A stretch of 33,459 nt of DNA, from the NCBI GenBank assembly GCA_013265495.1, contig MU061579.1, forward strand, positions 6,260,963-6,294,421. The letters run 5' to 3'. Shown here piece by piece: positions 1-9,379 of the stretch. The translations under genes were made by a program, and so were the position numbers. The notes under the pieces were generated by a model, which did no database searches, was not told the origin of the DNA, and saw only the letters and a list, made by a program, of their open reading frames with translations. Each line of letters begins with the position of its first letter. Position 1 is the stretch's first letter. This stretch comes from Vicugna vicugna. Taxonomy: Eukaryota.

Positions 1-108
1 CTGGGTATTAATTCTCAACTTCTTTCTTTACAGAGAGTTTCAAGATAAAAGTTTTATTTGTTTATTTATTTATTTTTACATAGCGTTTACATATTTTATA
101 CACCCTAC

Positions 109-398
109 CTTCTCTCTCAGAAGCCAGGCTGTGACTGGGGAGTCCCTCAGTGAGAAGGGGAAAATCCTGTTCTCCTGAGGCCACACTGGTGCAGACTCAT
201 GGAAGCCACTCCCATTTCCTAGCTCCCTTCCTTCTTGTCCACAGCCACTGGGCTTTTTGGCTGCAATGAAGTCGTGGCTGGGAGAGTATCCTGGGAAGAG
301 TATCAACCTTTCCACGTTCCAGGAGTCCAAGTAGGTAGAGAGACACTTGATCCTGCTGTTTACAATGCAGTATTGAGTGGACACGCATCTATTCCAGC
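109..398 (-). pseudogene. Exon-like block, open frame WNRCVSTQYCIVNSRIKCLSTYLDSWNVERLILFPG...AWLLREK
   Basis: Acceptor ctacgctttAG|GC at 400/399 (alternative aatAG|A at 390/389); donor GAGAAG|GTAGGG at 108; no stop across the block (ORF 76..384 -). Confidence 0.6.
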
Positions 399-441
399 CT
401 AAAGCGTAGTTAATGTAATATTTGAATGAGACTGTTAGGGA

Positions 442-860
442 TGTTAAAAGATAAACTGAGGCATATTAAGCATTTTAAGAGTTTATGTGTTGTACTGAAC
501 ACTGGAATTTGACACAACACTGTAAAATGATTATGAATCAAAAAAAAATGCTGAAGAAAAAAAAAAGAGTTTATGTGGGCAAAAATCGACTCAACTCAGG
601 CAGTGTCAAGTTAGAGGTGGTTAGGAGCACTCTACCAAGAGCCAGGGGAAAGACTTATATAAAGAAAGTGCAGAAGCAAAGAAAGGAAATGATCTGATTG
701 GCTGTAGTTTAAAGCCTAGCTGGCTATTTGTGATTGGTTGTCCTTAGCATTTTAATTTCATAATCTTGAGGCCTTTACAGACTTAAATTTGGATCTGCTT
801 GTGTGGCTGCCGTGGCATTGGCGCCTTCTCAGCCTGTTGGCCTCCTTGTTTAATTTAACA
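442..860 (-). mobile_element. ERV1-class solo LTR (MER57/MER41-like)
   Basis: Inverted termini TGTTAAA (442)...TTTAACA (860); near-TSD ggga/gaga; on the minus strand two CCAAT boxes (697-701, 733-737), a TATA-like motif (655-664) and a poly(A)-signal-like cataaa near 482; layout resembles recalled MER57-type LTRs. Confidence 0.7.
490..564 (+). mobile_element. Ultra-short 5'-truncated young L1 3' end nested in the LTR
   Basis: ctgaacactggaatttgacacaac...A-rich tail is the reverse complement of the L1 ends at 5904-6078 and 33025+; 13-bp TSD aagagtttatgtg at 477-489 and 565-577. Confidence 0.85.
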
Positions 861-1399
861 GAGATAAACTAATCCTCATTTCTTTGCCTGCTTTAACCTC
901 TATTCCTGCATCAATTGAGGTTATCAGTAATTAGCACATCTAAGTAAATATTCTATTGTCCTAAAGACAATTCTTTTCCCATAATACAATTTAATGTTCA
1001 ACTACTCTCAATGAAATTTGATACAATAACCATGAAGAAAGTTTGATGCTTTTTCAAAGCCTCTTTTGGAGACCTTGTTTATTATTTTAGTGCTCTTTAC
1101 ATCAAGATCTCTACATTAAAATCATCAAGGATTCAGTATTAGAAATGTGTTATACCTTCTTTCATCTAAACATGAGACCAGTAGAATTCATCGTGCTGTT
1201 GCCTTGATGGCCAGGGAGCTCACTGTTAGGTTCAGTGCTTAAGAGCAATCTTAGCTCTTTTTCAGTAATTTCTTTTCTTTTTTTTTTCCTGAATAATTTC
1301 TGATTTTTCTGATTTTATCTGTAATGATCATATATTTATGAGTTTAAGTACCTCAAAATATTTGGATTTGTGGGGGTGGGAAATACACAGGTTATAACT

Positions 1400-1467
1400 A
1401 CTATATATGCCTATATATGTGCATATATTCTATATATGTTTATATATATAAAATACATATATATAAA
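1400..1467. repeat. Degenerate (TA)n low-complexity tract
   Basis: Runs of tatata interrupted by g/c. Confidence 0.7.
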
Positions 1468-1659
1468 TGTTGACTCCACTCAAACCATGATTACAAATTC
1501 CTGACCAACTTTTAGAAAGAAATAATACTTAAGGGAGTTGTAAATACTTTAACAGTTCCAATTCAAGTAAGTGTGTGAAGCTTGTATCTCAGCTTTTCTA
1601 CTTAAAAGAATGATTCACTCTCTTTCGCCTGCAGCAGGTGCCGGAACTGGAACATGGAA

Positions 1660-1795
1660 CTCACCAGCTGCAGAGGCAGCTCTGTAGTAAAACCTCGTCC
1701 TCTTCACCTAGTTTTCCCCTCAGTGTCCTCATTTATAAAAGGAGGACCAGTGGGGCCTAAGGGATCACTTCCAGCTCTGGAATTGTATGATTTTT
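1660..1795 (+). mobile_element. MIR/MIR3 SINE fragment
   Basis: Core-like cctcagtgtcctcatttataaaagg and 3' ttccagctctggaattgtatgatt. Confidence 0.55.
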
Positions 1796-1907
1796 TAGAG
1801 TTTAAGGTTATTCGATTTTGACACTTCAAGATTTAATTATCCTAAGAGAACTTGTTCAGGAATGACAAGGAGGGGTGGCATTGGCAAAAGGAAGTTTCCA
1901 TACTCAC

Positions 1908-2405
1908 ATCTATTTACAAAGACATGCTCAGGAAATAGACCCTAGTGAAGCATTTCCTCTCAAATTAGATTTGAATGTTATATCACATATGAGCCTTCTG
2001 AAGTTTCAAGAACTCAAAATTCCATCCAGTGATCTGACATCATCAAAACAGATCCTTCACATGTCAAAGGAACTAATTCATTATGGGGAAAAATTGATAC
2101 CAAAAATATGTACATCTTTATTATAGTAGGTTTTTTTTGAAACTATAACCATTTAAAAACACACTTTTTTTGTTACACATTGTGAAAAACAGATGCTATC
2201 AACAATGGAGAATACTCTGAGTTACTATTTAGAACTAGAGTCATTTGTTTTGTTTCAAGCATAACTGTTGACAATTGCTTTGTTCTAGCCATCAAGATAA
2301 ACAAAGCAATCAGATCTGAAAGAATTTGGCATTAACTTTATTGTGAAATATCAGATAGTTTCTCCATGCTGCAACAGGTTGGGAACTGGTCTTTTACCTG
2401 TAGCA
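1908..2405 (-). pseudogene. Disabled exon-like block starting (S)ATGKRPVPNLLQHGETI*
   Basis: Strong acceptor tatttttgtttggagtttttcttAG|T (2407/2406), phase-compatible with the 3098 donor; donor GAT|GTGAGT at 1907, phase-compatible with the 398 acceptor (VFVNR-C-WNR); TGA at 2353-2351 plus further stops and shifts. Confidence 0.5.
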
Positions 2406-2599
2406 CTAAGAAAAACTCCAAACAAAAATATATAATAAAGGCAAATTTTAAGCATTAGAAATTGTTTATTTGAGTCCATCTTAAAGAGTTGGCTACCTAG
2501 CCTCTCCTAGTAATCTAAACTATACGAAAAGGATGTAAGTAGCCCACTTTAATATCAGCCACATGAGGAATGGGACGTGTGTTCCCTAGTGCTAAGAGA

Positions 2600-2650
2600 A
2601 GACATAACACACAATAGATGCTCAGTAAACATTTGTTAAATGAATGAACA
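2600..2650 (+). mobile_element. L2 3' end fragment
   Basis: cacaatagatgctcagtaaacatttgttaaatgaatgaa, a typical L2 terminus. Confidence 0.65.
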
Positions 2651-3097
2651 TGTTTGTAAGTTGTCTTGCTCAATTTAGGGTTTAGAATTGAATTAATTAG
2701 CGCTCACCAAAATGGATGGATTTTATTTCTGCAAAACTTATGGAATACATTTTAAAATGTGTGTGTAATTACATGTGTATATTTAGAGGCCACTGATATA
2801 TTTCCAGTCTAGTGTACAGTTGAGTTGGTTGCTGTTGTTTTATTCTAAAATACTGAAAATGAACTCTCAACTTGTGGGAAATCCCTTGGGTCTGAGCTTA
2901 AAAAATGCTATAAGCTCTATTTTATCTTGGTATTGAGGCTCTCCAAAGAACACATCTCTCAAAACCACAAAAGGAAACTGTATTTTATGTAGCAGATGCA
3001 ATCAGTCACAGCACAAAAACAGCAATTTTCTGAAAGTTCATGAGATCCAAAAACTTTGAATCTGCAGATTCAGCTGAAAGGGACTAGAAGCAGTTAC

Positions 3098-3638
3098 CTG
3101 ATATTGTATACTTCCACTGGTTTACCATCTTTGCATCCCAGAAAATCACTCGAGAGTAAACATGTGGGGAAAAAAGACACATTGGCAATTAACATAGAGT
3201 AGTGTGAGAAATCCCAGGATCCCCCAGAGAAGAAGCAAGTGCCCTGCATGTTGTAGGTCAGAATGCTTACATCTTCATCCAAACTCACATCCACAAAGTT
3301 TTCTCTGGACCAACCAAATTCAATTATCCACCAGCCTGACAGGTTCAAGGATTGAGCAGAAAATGTCATTGTTAAAAATAAATTGGTATACAACCTAGAG
3401 GACTTTTTATTTTTAAGTTCAATATGTTGCCAGCTTCACAATTTTTGTCCCCACGGAAACAGGATGTGCTTGGTTGAACTTGGTGATAAGTGAAACAGCC
3501 ACCTCCCTCACTGCTGCAGCTGCATCCTTGGGGATGGTTTCACCAGGAAGTTCTCCTGACTGCTGCACTCTTGGCTCCTCTGTGGTTCCACTCTTCTTTC
3601 TACAAGTCGGGGACCTTGCAACAGGTTTGACACTGCAT
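3098..3638 (-). pseudogene. Exon-like block with one +1 frameshift: CSVKPVAR...HPVSVGTKIV / SWQHIELKNKKSSRLYTNLF...CKDGKPVEVYNI
   Basis: Two long stop-free frames join by removing one base near 3435-3446; donor ATCAG|GTAACT at 3097; acceptor candidates cctcAG|A (3639) or ctctAG|G (3395); includes ORF 3094..3393 -. Confidence 0.6.
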
Positions 3639-5903
3639 CTGAGGATGTCTCAAGCAAATTATTTATATTTCACATCCACCATTCGACTTGCCTGCCTGTG
3701 TTATTTGCTGTTCTGTCCCTTTGCTATCCTTGTCTAATCCATAGCACTCAGGCTTTTGAAACCCTGCTTAATACATGGCTACTTTGCTCTTTACATTTTT
3801 GGTTTCCTTTGATCCTTATCAAGTGCATTGTTTAGTCACTCCTACTAGATTTTTAAGACCCCCAGGAACAAGAGCTCTGTCTTTTAAGCCACCCGGAGGA
3901 TTAAGACAATGTTTAGCAAACAATAAGCCCGTAATATTTATTGATAAGTGGGCAAATGTTTCACATCACGGCTCCTTTCTCTGTAATATGTAGATGTACC
4001 AATTGTCCTCGCATTTATTCAGCAGAGATTTGGTGATAAATACCTGGCTTCTCTTCAGCAGGTTATCCTTGACCTTATCCTGCTGCTTGTGTGGGTCATG
4101 GCTCACAGGTGATGTTGATTAAAGTTGTAAACTGTCCACAATATATATTATTGGCCCAGATTTCCCAGCTAATTGTGAAACTGTAGGGAAGACATTACTG
4201 TCACGTTGAACCAGTTAACACTGTATGGAAGCTAAAGCTATAACCACATAGCAAACTTCTTCAAGAATACACTTGCCCTACTATATTCTGCTTCTTTGTT
4301 TATTTTGTATCATACAAAAGGGCATTGCCACAGCTGCCGGATTAAGCAATGGCTCAAAATACCAGTCTTCAAGGTCACGCAAACACACTGCTGTTTCTTC
4401 CTTTGGATGTGGATAAAGATTTCAACTTCCTATAAAAATCCCCCATAAACTCATAAATGGCCCTCCCCTGGATCACCTCTTCCTCTCAAAAAGCATATTA
4501 AAGATAGTTTCTTGTTTTTTAAATTCCTAGCCTGTCCCCAGCTCGCTCTCCTTGCAGCGCTCCACTTTCTGGGTTCTTAGGAATGCTGAGATTGTTTTCC
4601 AGGTATTAAGTTCACAGCTTGTTGCTGAAATGAGAGCAACTGAAGTACAAGGAAATATTTGGGAGTCTAGTGCTTTAAAATAAACCCTTGAATTTCTTAA
4701 TGAGAATATTTTGAATATGTGAAAAATGCATATTTAAAAATCCTCCAGCTTATCCCACAAGCTAAATTCTGAAGACTCCTTGTACTTTCAGTTTCTGCAT
4801 TAGTAATGATCTATTCTTTAGAAATTGCTCCTTTTGCCTATTCTAAGCTAGCATTAACATTTTGAAGACTTCACGGATGAAAACTGCAGTTTTTAAAAGT
4901 ACCCAAACAGAAGAGTTGGTTCTTCCTTGGATGAATACATCACTTCTCTTGTACACTGAAATAAAAGAAGTCCTCTGGTCTTGAACATTCTGGCATATTT
5001 CTCCTAGTACTATCAGCCCCTCTCAGGACGTGAATAAGGCATTCCTTCAAAACACAAGGAAGCCGCGTCCCATACAGAGACACTGACTGACTGTACCGTC
5101 CTGTATAATCAAATGAATTCATATGGCACCTTTACTGAAATGCAATTAAATATTAATCCCCAAGCACCTAGTTTATTTTCCAGGAGTGAACTTGGGACTT
5201 TAGGAAAATACAAACCAACTTAAGACTAAGGAGAGATCACAACCAGGTATTTGCAGCAAAAGAGAATATGAGAGAGGCAGCGGTGAAGACAAATTGGATG
5301 ATACGATCTAAACCAGAACTTTCTTTTGTCTGCCTCCACCTGGACAAAGTGGCATATAGCATCCATTATTTATTAGGAGTTCTGCTTTTAAAACAAAACA
5401 AATATTCTTAGGCAACATACACATATAAAAAAAGTAGAGCTGATTTTCAGACTTGATTTTCAAATAGCATTCTTAGTGTCTTTGAAAGTAGCAGCCAAGA
5501 GTTAAAAAACAACCCTCATCTTGTGTTCGATAATACCACAGAGTATTTCTAACTTCAGCGTTAGCTTCTGTCTACTGACTAGATCAATTTAAATTTCCTA
5601 ACCTGTTTAATGAGCTCCAAAAATAAATGTATATTATAGAGAAAACTGAAGTTCACTCACTCTTTACAGAGAAATGACACAGAGAGGGCATTTATGGAGT
5701 GTGTGACCTAAATAACCCAAAGCAGGTTTAATTCAATATGGGAGCCTGGGATTACATTGGAGCTGTTATCTGGGTCTACCAGTAACTGTAACAGCATCTT
5801 TTAAAGGTGGCACAATCTTGGATCGTCTGTGTCCTAGCAAAGACTGAGTCTTTTCTCAAATTTTTTAAATCAAATGAAGTGTCCTTAAAATTTTATAGCT
5901 AGT

Positions 5904-6078
5904 CTTTTTTTTTCTTTTTTTTAAACATTTTTTTATTGATTTATAATCATTTTACAATGTGTCAAATTCCAGTGTTCAGCAGTTTTTCAGTCATTCATGG
6001 ACATATACACACTCGTCACATTTTTTTCTCTGTGATTTATCGTATCATTTTGTGTATATTTCCCTGTGCTATACAGTG
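5904..6078 (-). mobile_element. Young 5'-truncated L1 3' end
   Basis: Poly-T head, ttttattgatttataatcatttt...ttccctgtgctatacagtg; TSD tatagctagt at 5894-5903 and 6079-6088. Confidence 0.88.
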
Positions 6079-8129
6079 TATAGCTAGTTTTGAATTAAGA
6101 AATCAACCAGTAAAAAATGATGCATTTCTCATAGTACTTTAAATATCAGAAAAAACCTCCTCCCGATGACAGCACTTCACTGCGCAGACCCAACGTGTGG
6201 GCTGAGAAGGACCTGGAAGGGCATCCCAGAGAAGCTTCAATTTTACCATCACAGATTCATTTTTTAAAAATTCAAGTAATGTTGGTGAGGAAACTCACAG
6301 ACCTGCCAAGACTCTGGTGCAAATGGGTTTACCCAAGTGATTTTTGGCAGATGATGGAAGGCAGCAAAAGAAAAAGAATAGCATGGAAGATATGCTGAAA
6401 GGGAGAGGTGGGTGGGAAACAGGGCCAAAAAGGAGATGCCAGTGATTATTTCATAACAAAAACGCTTGCCTAGGGCTGTTCCTCCCACCATTGCCACTCA
6501 CTGAGATCCTGAGGCGCCCTGAACCTGGTGATAAGAGCAGAGAGGAGGGGCAGTGAACAAATAAGACAGGTTGATAGCAATTTTCTGATTTCAGACCTGG
6601 TTAATATCTGTAGTGAATGTAAGTAATTTAACCCAGCAGTTGATGGCATAAGATCAAATGTATCACGATAACAAGGGTGAAAGAGGGGAGAAAGCTGTGG
6701 TTCTAAGGAACTTAATACTTTCCATTTATAATGAATTTTATTTCTGAGCAACAAAGACATTTCAGGATTCAATGTGTATGATATTGTTCTCTGAGTGATA
6801 ACGGACATTGGTGGAGGGGGTCCTGAGGCAGTCTCAGCTCATCCAGATTTAGTTGGAAGAGTTCAATTATTTCTGTAAAGCAGCACATTGGACACCTCTC
6901 AGCTTCCTTTCCCCAGTTTATAAAAGAGTGTCCATGACATGGAGGGTGAGGTTCATGCTGAGGAATTTGTTTCTTGCAAATTTATTTTTGCAGTGCAAGG
7001 AATAAGACTTCTGATGACAAATTCAACTTTCAAAGAGATGAGTGCTTCTATGATGTGTCTAGGAATAAATTCTCTAAGAAATGATAGAGTGTGGGTAGGA
7101 GGGACATTCTGTGGAGGTGAGGTCTCCCACAGCACAGTCCTGTCCTTTGCTGGATCTCCTTATGACTGTCCAGAGGAGAGAAGGGAAACTGGAGGTGAAT
7201 TTAAAGATATGTATCATGTCGAAACATATCACACTTTCTCTTTTCTCTGACTTCTTTCTTCTTTTTAAAAAATTCTTTTTTCAGTTAGTTTTTCTTTCTC
7301 TTTGCCAGAACTACACCTCAAATGTTAATCTCGCCCAGGTAGAAGTAAGCCGTGACAAAGGTACAGAAACACATTCTAAATACTGGGATACCATACAGTC
7401 TGCTGTAGCCATGCATCTGACACACCCTCACTGGAAAATCTGTCTCTGAAAATTCTGGCAGAAAAGAAGACAGTCTAGTTTTCATTTCACGTGAAAATGT
7501 ACTGCATCGGTTTCATGTCGTCAGCGCATGACTGTGTACAGAGTCATGGTTTTCACGCAATGACTCAACAGAGATGGGTTGTAAACTATAATCCAACACT
7601 GAGAGAAATTTCAGAAGCCATTAATGTTGTTAAAAAGAGAGCTTTTGCTAACCAAATAATTGAATAATACGGTTCCTGACACCCTGAACAAACCATTTTT
7701 GTTTTACAGTGACTGTAGAATTTGCCAGTAAGAATGTCTAATACTAAACTTCTGGGTATGACAAAACATATCAAAAACAGTAACTACAGTACTCGAATGG
7801 TAGAGACTTGAGAATTTACTTAAACACAAAGGAATGAAATCATCTCTGCAAATATGTCTGCTCTAGTTTTCAAATCTGGTGACTTAGTTTGAATCAACTC
7901 CTTTACTTCTACTTCTCATCAACACATAAAAATGACAAAAAAGAAGAAAATAATTTTCAAATCTATAATTAAATGGCTCCATCCCCATTTTTGTTGGCAT
8001 ACTTTTCAAGTAAATCTTACAGTTGTCTTAATTTATATGGAAATCATTAACAAGAAGTTACTTGCCTACGTGGAACTTATTTGGAGTCCAATTTTTTAAA
8101 CTTATGTAAAAAATGAGAAAGCATTTGAA

Positions 8130-8215
8130 ACTTTTATGAGAAAATCAGAAATTTGAATCCTGATCAAGCGTTTGATGATGGTAAGGAATTTTTTATTACA
8201 TTTTTAAGAGACTAT
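8130..8215 (+). mobile_element. Old L1M 3' fragment
   Basis: gagaaaatcagaaatttgaa...tttgatgatggtaaggaatttttatta resembles L1MC/ME 3' UTR. Confidence 0.4.
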
Positions 8216-8643
8216 TATGATGAAATTTTTAAAAGAACCTGTGAGTTGTTTATTACATTTCATCATTATCTTAAGTCATCAAACTTTTCTTGACCTTCTG
8301 CTGTACCTAGAGCTCCGTGCTCCTGATGAAGTATTTCATATTGGGCCATGACCAGGTGGAAATTATTCTACCTCTGAAGATCATGCCCAGCCTCTTTGAC
8401 TGCTTCTAACTTAAGTTTATTCTTGAACACTTGCCACTGAATTCCAGGCATTTTCAAGGATTATAAACTTAATTCATTAAGTCATTATAAAGTTAATAGA
8501 ATATGCGTTAGCTGTTCTGAAGTAACCCATTCGATATGAATATGTTACATCAACTTCAATACCATTGTCAAAGGACCAGTAGTAAATGCAACATTCTGCC
8601 TTAATTCTTTTTTTAATATGTGAATTTAGTTTATCTCGATGTA

Positions 8644-8653
8644 ATATATATTG

Positions 8654-8684
<31 letters not shown>
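8644..8684. repeat. (TA)n microsatellite
   Basis: tatatatatatatatgtatatatatatata. Confidence 0.9.
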
Positions 8685-8685
<1 letters not shown>

Positions 8686-8717
8686 GTTTTTGAAAATAAA
8701 ATAGCATGACAACACTC

Positions 8718-9371
8718 TGTGGAGAAGCAACAGATGAGTGCCTCTTGCTCTCCTTCTAACCCAAGTACCCAAGGATCTGTCAGTGCCCTCCAGCCGAAGG
8801 CCACCAGGAAGAGACCTGTAATTGAACAAGCAGGGCTTATTACTCATTTCAGTGAGGGAGAAACTTGCACCATAGGGAGCCATGGGGTGTCTCCGTTAAA
8901 GGATGTTAAAAGGAACTGAGGATTGGGCTTTTGTGGGATCTGGGGCAAGTTTCCCGCTCTAGATTGGATGCTGTTTAAAAGTGGGGACGATGCCAGGATT
9001 GGGTATCTCAATCAATCTTATCCCTAGGGAGGGGGATGACTAGAAAGATGCTCAAGGTACTGTTGGTTAGAAGGTACCCCTCACTCATGTTAGCTGGAAT
9101 CAGGAGATGTTTCATATTTGATGGCTTGCATCATACTCATGTCTTATCTGTGTTTAGACCTGATTATAGGGTGGTCTTTATTTTGCCTTGATCCATCATA
9201 GTCACAGGAAGGCCTTGTCTGGTACTGATTTTCTGTAAAATTGTTTATGTTAAACAGAAGAACACCAAGACCTAGCTGTGAGTGTCAGGCAAGCCCACAG
9301 CAACAGCAAGACCTCGCTGATAGTCCTGGACTAGCTCCTAGAGGCCAGGAGTTGCTCTGCTCTTTCCCACA
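8718..9371 (-). mobile_element. Old ERV solo LTR (MER-type, family not assigned)
   Basis: Inverted termini TGTGGAGAA (8718)...TTTCCCACA (9371); on the minus strand CCAAT boxes (~8963, ~8998) and an aataag poly(A)-like signal (~8837); ~650 bp. Confidence 0.6.
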
Positions 9372-9379
9372 TCTTTCTC

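Noticed and set aside
485..697. 70-aa lysine-rich plus-strand ORF
   Set aside because: Made of the L1 stub, its A-tail and LTR sequence.
5936..6142. ORF similar to 33077..33346 (apparent paralogous proteins)
   Set aside because: Both are antisense reads of the same L1 3' UTR.
8477..8919. ORFs with IYIY repeats and the overlapping LTR ORFs
   Set aside because: Derived from a (TA)n microsatellite and an LTR.
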